Assembly: GCA_000091165.1 (NCBI GenBank)
Contig: FP565575.1
Coordinates: forward strand, 2,160,001-2,192,000
DNA length: 32,000 bases
From: Candidatus Methylomirabilis oxygeniifera
Lineage (GTDB): Bacteria; Methylomirabilota; Methylomirabilia; Methylomirabilales; Methylomirabilaceae
Direction of reading: 5' to 3'
Of this stretch, positions 16,612 through 26,700 are shown piece after piece. The notes beneath the pieces were generated by a model that saw only the letters and a program-made list of their open reading frames with translations, was not told where the DNA came from and made no database searches. Position 1 is the first letter of the stretch; the number at the start of each line of letters is the position of its first letter. Position numbers and translations under genes: made by a program.

Positions 16612-19600
16612 TCATCGACACGCCTGAAGACGCGACAATAGCGTCTGAGCAATAGCGATCTTGTCGCCTCCCTCTACCTTGTATTCCAGTTCATCGTACC
16701 CTGTACGGTAACCTCCCACGGGCCCCCCTTTTGTAGAGGAGGGATGGGAGGATTTCGGAATATAGCGTAATCGGCCGCCCTCTTCACGAAGCAGAGTCGC
16801 GACCTTGTCCGGAGCAAGCGGCGGCGACTCATCGAACACGATACGGATCGTCTTGCCCACGACAACAGCCTCGCGAATGTGGAGCGTCCGGGCCAGGATT
16901 CTAAGCGCCATCGCGGTCAGCAGCCGTTCCGTCTCTGGAGGAGGCTCACCAAAGCGATCGACCAGCTCCTCTCGAAGGGCGGAGACCTCCGACAACCCAG
17001 AGAACGCGGCCAATCGCTTGTAGAGCTGGAGCCGTACGTTGGAATCCTCTATATAGATCTCCGGCAGATACCCTTCCGCCTCCAGCCTGATGACAGGCTC
17101 GACGGGTTCCGCCACCGCCTGACCCTTCAACTCTTTGACCGTTGACTCGATCAATCGGCAGTACAGATCAATCCCTACGGCGGCGATCTGGCCGTGCTGC
17201 TCCGGTCCCAGGAGGTTACCCGTGCCCCTGATCTCCAGATCTCTCGCCGCCACCTTGAATCCGGAGCCAAGCTCGGTCAGTTCTGCAATGACCTGGAGTC
17301 GCTTCTTTGCCGTCTCAGACAGCGCAGCATCCTTCGGTACCAGGAGGTAGGCGTAGGCTCGATGCTTGTCCCGACCGACCCGTCCGCGAAGCTGATAGAG
17401 CTGCGCGAGGCCCAAGGCATCGGCTCGATCGATAATGATCGTGTTGGCGGCGCTGACATCCAGGCCGGATTCGATAATCGTGGTACACAACAGGACATTG
17501 AATGTGCCGTCGTAGAAGTCGCACATGATCCGTTCCAGGCGTTCTTCCGGTAATTCGCCGTGCGCCACCGCCAGTCTCGCCTCAGGAACCAACTGCTTGA
17601 TCAGACGCGCCACGCCCTGGATGCTCTCCACGCGATTATGGACGAAGAAGACCTGCCCCCCTCTGTCCAGCTCGTGCTCTATCGCCTCTTTGATGAGCGC
17701 CGGGTCGAACCTGGCGACGGTCGTTTTGATCGAGAGACGGTTATCCGGCGCGGTCTCGATGGTGCTGATGTCCCGGACTCCCAACATCGACATATGAAGG
17801 GTCCGCGGAATCGGTGTGGCGGTAAGCGTCAGGACATCGACCTGTCGCCGCAGTTGCTTCATGCGCTCCTTAGCCGCGACGCCAAAGCGGTGCTCCTCAT
17901 CCACCACTAACAGCCCCAGGTCTCGAAACCGGACATCCTTCTGGAGCAGGCGGTGGGTGCCGATCACGATATCGACAACCCCCTCACCGACGCCACGCAG
18001 CACCTCGCTCTGCTCCTTGCGGCTGCGGAAGCGTGAGAGCATCTCAACCTTAGCCGGAAAGCCGCCGAACCGCTCGGAAAACGTCTGAAAATGCTGCAGG
18101 GCAAGGACCGTAGTCGGCACCAGCACCGCGACCTGCTTTCCCCCTATGATCGTCTTAAAGGCGGCCCGCATCGCCACCTCGGTCTTACCGTATCCGACGT
18201 CGCCGCAGATCAGACGGTCCATCGGCCGGTCTCGCTCCATGTCGGCCTTGACGTCGGCGATCGCCTGGAGTTGGTCCGGGGTTTCCTCATATGGAAATCC
18301 AGCCTCGAATTCCCGTTGCCACGGCGTATCGGGGGGGAGGGCATGCCCTTTGATGACCTGTCTGGACGCATACAGCGCGAGCAACTCCTGGGCCATCTCG
18401 CGAACGGACGCCTTGACCCGCTCCTTGGCCTTGGCCCACGAGGCGCTCCCCAACCGGTCGAGGGTCGGTGGATTGCTGTCAGCACCCGCATACCGATGGA
18501 TCAGGTGGAGTTTACCGGTAGGCACATACAGCTTGGCGTGCTCGGCATAGAGGATGAGCAGGTAGTCACCCTCCGTCCCGCCCACAGTAAGCTGCCGCAG
18601 CCCTTTGTACACACCGATCCCGTGATCCTCGTGAACCACAAAATCGCCATAGGTCAACTCCTGGTACGAGGCAAGAGGGGAGATCTCCTTTGGTCGCAAG
18701 CGTCGAGGTGGGATGTGCCGAGCCCCAAAGATCTCGGCTTCGGTGATATAGGTCAGCAATGCCTCATCCAGATGAAAGCCGCTGCTGAGCTCGTGAGAAA
18801 GAACGGCAATCTCACCCGGCGACGCCACGCCGAGCCCGACAGACGCCGCGACATCGTGCTCCCTCAGTACCTCAGCCAGGCGCCCACCCTGGGCCTCACT
18901 CCTGCAGACCAGGTGGATTTTCCGACCCTGCCGACGCCACTCTTGGAGGTCGCGTATCAATTCGGTCATTCGTCCACGGTAGGCCGGAATGGTGCGTACC
19001 TGAAACCCGAGAGTCGCCTCTTCCGCAAGGCTGTTCGTCGGTAAGAACTCCTCCATGTAGATCCGCGGCCGCAGAGAGAGCCTCTGTTCAACGTCGCTCC
19101 AGTCGACCAGTGAGGTGGACGGCGCGACGTCGCGCGCCGCAGCCCGGAGGCCGGTCGGATCTATCAAGACCCACAAGGCATCCGGAGCTACGTACTGCAG
19201 GAGATCGGCCGGTTCCGGATAGAAGTATGGAAGATACGTATCGAGGCCCAGGACCTGTCGCCGATCCTCAAGCGCCGTGATGATCTCGGACGGAACCGAG
19301 CTGTCCCGGGTCTTCTTCATCGCGCGGAGCACCTCGAGGGCCCGCCGACATACCTCACCGGTCAATGGCGCCTCTACAACCGGCAGGACGGTCACCTGCT
19401 CAACGGAGCCGATGGACCGCTGGGTAGCCGGATCGAATGCACGGAGTTCAAGTATCTCGTCACCGAAGAACTCAGCGCGAACAGGACAATCCGGCGGTTC
19501 GACACGGCCTGTGGTGAGCCCGGTCGAACCGTTCAGGCTGGGTGTGAGGGGGAACAGGTCGAGGAGGTTCCCGCGCAGGCTGTATTCGCCGCGGTCTGTC

Positions 19601-20085
19601 GTCTGATGCACTCGACGGTAACCACCTGTCTCGAGAACGCCAACCAGTTCATCCCGCGCGATCAGTCGTCCGACGTACAGCGTAAAGGCGGCTCCCAGGA
19701 TAGCCGAGGGAGGCGCAAGGCGTTCGAGGGCCGCTTGAAGACAGACAACTGCAAGGTCACAGTTCTTGGTCGCCAGACCCGTCAGACAGGTAATCCGCTG
19801 ATACCCGGTCTCTGGATCCTCATCGCGTTCGGCCATGACACCTACCGAGTCGCGGAAGAAGACTTGCAGATCCTTCGCCAGCAGCTCGGCCTCAGCAGAC
19901 GAGGAGGTTACGACCACGAGAGGGCGACCCGACCGGCGAGCGATCTGGGAAAGGATCAACGCTTTCGAGGCTCCGAAAAGGCCGGTGAGATATAGCGCGT
20001 CCGCTCCGCTGTCAAGTCGGTCCACGATCTCGCCGATCTCCGGGATTCGGAGATCTTCCGCCAACTCCATCGATCGTATTACCAT
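16612..20085 (-). CDS. mfd: Transcription-repair coupling factor
   Basis: [93 protein letters not shown]. Start probably at ATG 20085 or 20070, not 20214. Confidence 0.97.
   Translation of the reverse strand: [1157 protein letters not shown]
16711..16753. repeat. Palindromic dispersed element inserted in frame in mfd
   Basis: CCTCCCA (16712-16718) / TGGGAGG (16745-16751) arms around a C-run/G-run core; another frame reads NPPIPPLQKGGPWEVT, a hallmark of widespread bacterial intergenic repeats. Confidence 0.6.
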
Positions 20086-20099
20086 ACGGTCAGCACTCA

Positions 20100-20127
20100 G
20101 TAGGGGCACGTTGCAACGTGCCCCTAC
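20100..20127. repeat. 28 bp perfect palindrome GTAGGGGCACGTTGCAACGTGCCCCTAC
   Basis: Self-complementary over all 28 bases; overlaps the stop codon of the heptose adenylyltransferase. Confidence 0.9.
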
Positions 20128-20615
20128 AGCCGTGTCATTTCCATGATACGACGTACGATACGACTTGTAGAACAGCCCTCCACCAACGGGATCGTAACGA
20201 CCAGCCCGCCACACCTCTCTACCGTCTCCCGCCCCACGACGTCTTCCATCGCCCAGTCGGCGCCCTTGACCAACACATCGGGCTCAAGCGCTGCGATGAC
20301 GCAGCTCGGATCCGCCTCCTCAAAGATTACCACGTAGTCGACCGAGGCCAGAGCCGACAGCAACTCTGCCCGTTCATCCTGCAAGAGCACGGGTCTGGAC
20401 GGGCCCTTCAGAAGTCGAACGGATGCGTCACTGTTCAGACCAACAATCAATAGGTCGCCCAACGCCCTTGCTTGCTGCAACAGGCGGGTATGTCCCCGGT
20501 GAAGCAAATCAAAACAGCCGTTGGTAAAAACTGTCCGCTCTCCCAGCGCCCGACGCCGCCTGACGATCGCAACCAGCTCATGCAAGGTTCTGAGCTTTCC
20601 GACATCGACCGTCAT
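20124..20615 (-). CDS. rfaE2: D-glycero-beta-D-manno-heptose 1-phosphate adenylyltransferase-like nucleotidyltransferase
   Basis: TVFTNGCFDLLHRGHTRLLQQARALGDLLIVGLNSDASVRLLKG; start at ATG 20615. Confidence 0.92.
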   Translation of the reverse strand: MTVDVGKLRTLHELVAIVRRRRALGERTVFTNGCFDLLHRGHTRLLQQARALGDLLIVGLNSDASVRLLKGPSRPVLLQDERAELLSALASVDYVVIFEEADPSCVIAALEPDVLVKGADWAMEDVVGRETVERCGGLVVTIPLVEGCSTSRIVRRIMEMTRL

Positions 20616-20860
20616 TCCGGCGTCCCGATCTCTCCTGGAACAACGGAGAGCAATCCGCACAGAACGGCCTGCTCGATCAGCCGTCTCCCTTTTTCAGCAT
20701 ACGGGGCGGAGGTCATCAGCCGAATCTCCCCAAGCGGACCGAAGGTAATCCCCTGAAATCCGCCGACTCGCATAGAACGAATCCAGCACGGCACACCATA
20801 CCGTTGCAGATGCAGACGGAGAAGGTCCGCCTGCATCTCATCATACGTCGTATAAATCAT
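20612..20860 (-). CDS. Small DUF2007-like protein
   Basis: MIYTTYDEMQADLLRLHLQRYGVPCWIRSMRVGGFQGITFGPLGEIRLMTSAPYAEKGRRLIEQ; ATGA overlap with the next gene. Confidence 0.65.
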   Translation of the reverse strand: MIYTTYDEMQADLLRLHLQRYGVPCWIRSMRVGGFQGITFGPLGEIRLMTSAPYAEKGRRLIEQAVLCGLLSVVPGEIGTPE

Positions 20861-21085
20861 CCGCTCATACATCCGCAGCCTGGACTGGACCGACGATAAC
20901 CCGATTGAACGACGTAAGACAAAGCAGTATCCCGGAAGAGGGACCGGGCCTGAGGAATGGACCAACGCAGCAACGTGGCGTCACGACTTCCGCGGTAACC
21001 CTTTGAACGATGTCCGAGGGCAATTCGACTCTTGGCGCACCAACCAGCGGTCAATTCGGAGAGACGATCGCCTTCCCTCTCTCCC

Positions 21086-21778
21086 CTATTGCAAAACGAG
21101 ATGGGCCCTCCGATTCCATTTCCAGGCCGACTCATCGTGGCCTGTGGCGAAGGGCCGCTCCTTCCCATAGCTGACGACCTTCATCTTCCTGGCGCTGATC
21201 CCGGCCTCTACGAGATAACTCTTGACCGACATTGCGCGTCGCTGGCCGAGCGCCTGGTTGTACTCTACGGTTCCGCGCTCATCGCAGTGGCCCTCGATGA
21301 TGATCGAGGCCGTCGGATTGGCCTTCAACCATCGAACATTCTCCGCGAGGCCCTTTGCCATCTCCGTCCGAATCGACGATCTGTCGAAATCGAAGAAAAT
21401 GTCTTTCAGGGGTGACGCCTTCTCTGCTGCTGCGCTCGCCCCGGCGGGGATCCTTGCCACCGGCGCACCGGCCATTTTTTCTCTCAGCGCAGTAAAGGCG
21501 GTCCGGCACTTACCGTTTATGCGGGCGTCCGGGTCCGCGAACGGATTGAACTCTGTAGCCTCGTGAGTCATCCAATCCAGACACGCTTCTGCGCCGGCGT
21601 ATTCCTCAGGCGCGCGCTTCTCTGCGCCCGAGGCCTTCGCCTCAGCGAGGGCGACCTTCATGCCCTCTATCTCGGGGCGATACGACGCGGTGGTTGCGCA
21701 CCCTGCAATGATCAGGGCCATCGATACACTGAGTAGTACGAAATGGATTACCCGGCCCATCTTCGGACTCCCACTCAT
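21086..21778 (-). CDS. Pal-like OmpA-family lipoprotein
   Basis: Lipobox-like IIAGCATTA; DIFFDFDRSSIRTEMAKGLAENVRWLKANPTASIIIEGHCDERGTVEYNQALGQRRAMSVKSYL. Confidence 0.92.
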   Translation of the reverse strand: MSGSPKMGRVIHFVLLSVSMALIIAGCATTASYRPEIEGMKVALAEAKASGAEKRAPEEYAGAEACLDWMTHEATEFNPFADPDARINGKCRTAFTALREKMAGAPVARIPAGASAAAEKASPLKDIFFDFDRSSIRTEMAKGLAENVRWLKANPTASIIIEGHCDERGTVEYNQALGQRRAMSVKSYLVEAGISARKMKVVSYGKERPFATGHDESAWKWNRRAHLVLQ

Positions 21779-21832
21779 CTTTACGCTCTCCCCTTTGAGC
21801 CAACTGTCGGCTTATGGCTGTCGGCCATCAGC

Positions 21833-22207
21833 TTATTGTCTGCGCTGCGCAATCGCCTTAGCTTCTTCTGCGGCTTGCCTGGCAATCTTAGCCGCTGTCT
21901 CCGCCGCCGCCAAGTCGCGATCCAATAACTCATCTTCAGCAAGGAGAATATACTCCCTCGCTTTAGCCATCGAGTATCGAGCTGCGCTAAGATTCGCCGC
22001 ACCGGCAGCTTGAGCCTCAGCCACGGCAGCTTTGGCTGCCATCACCGAAGCGGGCGCAGTCCGCTCCCCGGTGACCCAATCATAGGATTCCGACCTGAGA
22101 TGGATCCCTGAGCACCCCCACAGCACTACCCCTCCACTGATGACGATAAGCGCAAGGAGCTGCCGAGCAACCCCACCTCTGGCTCCCATCACATCCCTCC
22201 CGTACAA
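21833..22207 (-). CDS. DUF4398-like lipoprotein
   Basis: LVISGGVVLWGCSG-type lipobox region and Ala-rich helical AREYILLAEDELLDRDLAAAETAAKIARQAAEEAKAIA. Confidence 0.7.
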   Translation of the reverse strand: MYGRDVMGARGGVARQLLALIVISGGVVLWGCSGIHLRSESYDWVTGERTAPASVMAAKAAVAEAQAAGAANLSAARYSMAKAREYILLAEDELLDRDLAAAETAAKIARQAAEEAKAIAQRRQ

Positions 22208-22331
22208 TCCACAGATAGCTGACGACTGTCTCCTGGCGGCCGGACCTTGCCGGCCGATTGGTCAGGCACGCTCAATTTATCACACTCTGTTGCCTCGCGT
22301 CAAAGGCGACCACGCCCTTCGATCGGTTGCG

Positions 22332-23768
22332 CTAACGAAGGGCGTGCTGCTCAAGATGCTGATGGGCCAGGAGGTGGCGAGCCGGGGGGAGATGGGTCAG
22401 AAGCGCCGCAAGCGCCAGGGCAGCGACGACAAGGATCCACTCCAGCCGCATGAACTGGCGCAGGCGACCGCGAATCCGTGCTGCCTGGTCGTGCCCGGCC
22501 CCTACCAGTCGGACTCCGCCAAGGTGACCGATCGTTTTCACCAGCGGTCGATGACGCGCACCGACCGGATCTCGCAAGAGCGGCAGGAAGTAATACCGGT
22601 TCACGGCAGCCAACGCCAATACGAGTCCCACCAGGACGACCTTGGCGAGGAGGGTCAATCCATAGGAGGTCGTGACGAAGGGCTGCAACGACCTCACCTG
22701 CAACCAGGCATTGAAGAGCCCCGCCACGAGCAGCGTGAACACGCAGTAGGCCGCCATTCTTGAAAAAGGGCGGCCGATCGCTGCAAGCGTGCGCGCCACT
22801 TCCTCCGTGCCGGGAGGGACGGCCACGCGCTGCAAGAGGAATCCGAATGTGAAGAGGCCGCCGATCCAGATGGAGACCGCAACCAGATGGATCCAATCGA
22901 TCAGGACAGGCATCGTCAGGTCTCCCCAGTCGGCGGCATGACCCGACAGGCTTGTTGTCAGAGCAATGAGTGTGGCCGTGGAAAGGGAGAGCATAATGGC
23001 CCGCTGGCTCTGTGATGCGGTCGTCCGACCGGACCCCCGGACAAGTCCCAGGATCCCAATAAAGCCGAGTCGAACGAGCCAGACGACGCCAAAGTGGGTC
23101 TGCAGCAGCACAACCGGGATGGCGGTATGTATCTCGGTACGGCGCCCACCGCTCATCATCTGTGTTCTCAGGATCAGTTCGCCGATAGTTGTCAGCGCCA
23201 CAAGCACAATCAAGCTCAGCTCCAGTTGCCGAAGTGGTCGCTCAACCGTCTCACACACCTGATGCGGGAGCACAACCGACCGAACGAGGAGCAAGCGAAA
23301 GGCCAGTGTGCCGATCAGCATCGAGAGGCCGACCAGGTTGAGCCAGCGAACAACAAGCTGCAGAAGCGTCGCGGGCGCGCTACCGGCCTTGGGCCGATCT
23401 GGCGAGCCCGGACCGATCGTGAACGGAAGATCGCCTTCGGTGCGGTGGCCGTCGTGGGCGACAACGCTCCACACGATCCGGTATTGTCCTGGCGGTAAAG
23501 ATGAAAGACTTGTCTCTAGAACAGTGTGATCGGCAGGGTTCACCTGCCCGTCCCCGTTGTCGACCCGCTGATCGCGAGTATCGACCACCGTGATTGCACT
23601 GAAGACAGGCTCAATCACTCCGTCGAACCACAGCCTCACGCGCGGAGGCGGCGTCTGAAGCGCTCCCCCTACCCGTGGTTCCGAGTGATCGGGGAAGGCG
23701 TGTCCCCACGCTGTGGTGGTCAGCAGGAGCAAGCTGAGGGCGACGAAAGGCGCAGGAATGAACTTCAC
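22332..23768 (-). CDS. CopC-CopD fusion copper resistance/transport protein
   Basis: N-terminal CopC: HAFPDHSEPRVGGALQTPPPRVRLWFDGVIEPVFSAITVVD...YRIVWSVVAHDGHRTEGDLPFTI. C-terminal polytopic CopD: SLSGHAADWGDLTMPVLIDWIHLVAVSIWIGGLFTF. Confidence 0.92.
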   Translation of the reverse strand: MKFIPAPFVALSLLLLTTTAWGHAFPDHSEPRVGGALQTPPPRVRLWFDGVIEPVFSAITVVDTRDQRVDNGDGQVNPADHTVLETSLSSLPPGQYRIVWSVVAHDGHRTEGDLPFTIGPGSPDRPKAGSAPATLLQLVVRWLNLVGLSMLIGTLAFRLLLVRSVVLPHQVCETVERPLRQLELSLIVLVALTTIGELILRTQMMSGGRRTEIHTAIPVVLLQTHFGVVWLVRLGFIGILGLVRGSGRTTASQSQRAIMLSLSTATLIALTTSLSGHAADWGDLTMPVLIDWIHLVAVSIWIGGLFTFGFLLQRVAVPPGTEEVARTLAAIGRPFSRMAAYCVFTLLVAGLFNAWLQVRSLQPFVTTSYGLTLLAKVVLVGLVLALAAVNRYYFLPLLRDPVGARHRPLVKTIGHLGGVRLVGAGHDQAARIRGRLRQFMRLEWILVVAALALAALLTHLPPARHLLAHQHLEQHALR

Positions 23769-26700
23769 GTCAACCTCCCTTCCATGGCCATCTGTTGCCG
23801 GAAGACCTCTTCCCGCTCCCAGCCGAACCGCATGAACAGGGTCGGCACGACGATCATGTTCAGGAGTGTTGAGGTGAAGAGACCTCCCAGGATGACCTGG
23901 GCCAGCGGCCGTTCCAGCTCTTTCCCGGTGGCCTCGCCGAACAGCAGGGGAAGCAAACCCAGGGCCGCGGCAGCGGCCGTCATCAGGACCGGAGCCAACC
24001 GGTCCTTTGACCCCTGGATAATGGCTTCCTCCTTCGAAACGCCTTCAGCCCGAAGCTGCCGGTAGTGGCTAACCAGGATGATCCCATTTCTGGCCGCGAT
24101 TCCAAAGACACTGATGAACCCGATCAGCGAGGGAACGCTCGTGACCATCCCCGTGAGCAGGATGGCCGCCACACCACCGATCAGGGCCAAGGGGAGATTC
24201 GCCATGACGAGGAGAGCGGCACGGGTCGAGTTGAAGGCTTTGTACAACATAAGGAAAATCCCGATCACCGCAAGCCCGCCATACACCATCAGGACCCTCG
24301 TCGCCTCCCGCTCACTTTCAAACTGCCCGCCATACTCGATGAAGTAGCCGGCAGGAAGCTGAATCTCTCTGGCGATCCTGCCTTGGACCTCACGGATGAC
24401 GCCGATCAGGTCCCGATCCGCCACGTTCGCCTGAACAACGATCCGCCGTTGCAACCGCTCCCGATTGATCATAAAGGGGCTGTTTACGATCTGAAGGTCA
24501 GCCACCAGCCGGAGCGGGATCTTTCGCCCCTCGGGCGCATCGATCAGGAGATTTCGCATCGAGGCGCGGTCCTTGCGGGATGTCTCGTCAAACCAGACAA
24601 ACAGGTCAAAGGCCCGCTGCCCTTCTACAACCCGAGAGATCGATCTCCCGCCGAAGGCCACTTCGGTTGTTTCCAGAATGTCGCCCACGTCCAGGCCGAG
24701 ACGGGAGGCCTCCTCCCGATCGACCGTGATCCGCACACCTGGAACATTGATAAGGGGTTCGAGCAACAGATCCGTCACCCCCTTAATATCCCTCATGATC
24801 TGCTCGACCTGCCGCCCCTTCGCTCGAAGAACGGTCAGATCCGGTCCGTAGAGCTTGATGGCGATCTGAGCCCGGATGCCCGAGAGGACCTCGTCCAGTC
24901 GATGAGAGATGAACTGACCAAGTACAGTGGCCACACCGGGAACCCGTTCCAGATGCTCGCGGATAGCCTGAAGAAGCATCTCCGGATCGCGCGCACTGTA
25001 TCGAATCGCGATGTCGAATTCACTCACATTCGGCGGGAGCGCCTCCTCGTCCAGTTCCGCCCGACCCGCCCGTTGGGAGACGGAGATGACCTCGGGATGC
25101 TGCTTCAAGATCCCGACAATTCGCCCCCCCACACGCATCGATTCCTGGAGCGAGGTCCCGGGCAGCATCGTCACCTGCAGGATGAAGTTGCCTTCACGGA
25201 ACTCGGGGAGGAAGGAGCGGCCGAGGAACGGGATCACGGCCAGACTGGCCGCGATCAGGAGCATGCAGACGACCATCACCGGCCCGGGATGACGCAGCGC
25301 CCGGCGCAGGAGCGTTTCATAGGCTCGCTTTATGGCTCGGACCGTCAGACTCTCCTGCTCCGGTTGGGCTTCCCCACGACGGATCAGGAGCATGGCGGCC
25401 AAGGCCGGTACCAACGTCACCGCAACCAGGAGCGAGGCGAGGATCGCGAAGGTGTACGCAAGGCCGAGCGGGGTAAAGATTCGCCCCTCCACCCCGCCAA
25501 GCAGGAAGATCGGCATGAAGACGATCAGCACAATCCAGGTGGCATGGACCACGGCGTGCCGAATCTCGACTGACGCCTCATAAATCACTTTCAGGGGAGG
25601 GTCGGGGCGGGCCTTCTCCTGATTGAGCCGAAGCCGGCGGATGATATTTTCGACGTCCACGATCGCGTCGTCCACGACCTCGCCGATGGCGATCGCCAGC
25701 CCCCCAAGGGTCATGGCGTTGATGCCGATTCCGAACGCCTTGAGCAACAGCACCCCGGAGATCAATGAGGTCGGCAGCGCCGTCAAGGTGATGAGAGACG
25801 CCCGAACATTAAAGAGGATGAAGATAACGACGATACTGACGACCACCACCCCTTCCAGGATCGCCTGACGCAGGTTGGCAATGGAGGACTCGATGAAGCT
25901 CGCCTGGCGGAAGACCTGCGTATTCAGTTCGACCCCCGGCGGGAGCGTCTTGCGGATCTCTTCCAGCGCCTGTTCCACCTGGTATGTGACCGTCACGGTA
26001 TCGACCCCAAAGAGCTTCGAGACCGTTCCGATCACAGCGGGCTTACCCTCCCACGTAGCGTCTCCCCGCTTGAACTCCGGACCGAAGCGGACCGTCGCCA
26101 CCTGATCCAATCGAATCGGCGTCCCGCCTCGCTCCGCCACCTTCGTCTGCTGAAGCTCTTGAAGCGACGAGATGCGACCGGCCCCGGTGATTACGTACTC
26201 CTGACCGGGGGTCACCAGAAAGCCTCCTGGAACGCTCACATTCGCCCTCTTGATGGTATTGAGGACCTCCTGAACAGTCACGTCGTATTGAAACAGCTTG
26301 TCCGAAGACAGCAGCGCCTGATACTGTTTCACCTCGCCGCCAATGGAGACGACTGAGGCCACACCAGGGATCGCCAGCAGCCGATTGCGGATCTCCCAGT
26401 CTGAGATCGTCCGAAGGTCCATCAGGGAAACGCTGTCGCTTGTGAGCGCATATTTGACCAGCCAGCCCACCGCTGAGGTGATCGGGAGCATCATGGGATT
26501 CTTGGTTCCCGCTGGAAGCCGGTCCTCGACCATCCGGAGGCGTTCGCTTACGAGTTGACGGGCCGTATAGATATTCGTTCCCCACTTGAAGACAACAACA
26601 ACGCTGGATAACCCGGCGGTCGATTTCGACCGGATCACCTCCACCCCCGGAGTCCCATTAATCGCGGACTCAATCGGGAAGGTGATGAGAAATTCAACGT

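Noticed and set aside
16520-16621. N-terminal extension of the SurA-like ORF
   Set aside because: Encoded by the tandem heptamer arrays; a proper signal peptide begins at ATG 16519.
18091-19044. 317 aa ORF opposite mfd
   Set aside because: Antisense to conserved Mfd helicase region; no recognisable motif.
20086-20214. N-terminal extension of mfd
   Set aside because: Runs through the 28 bp palindrome and the end of the upstream gene; starts at 20085 or 20070 are more plausible.
24065-25573. 502 aa ORF on the plus strand opposite the RND permease
   Set aside because: Antisense shadow of a strongly supported coding gene in GC-rich DNA; low-complexity, His/Asp/Arg-rich translation with no domain.
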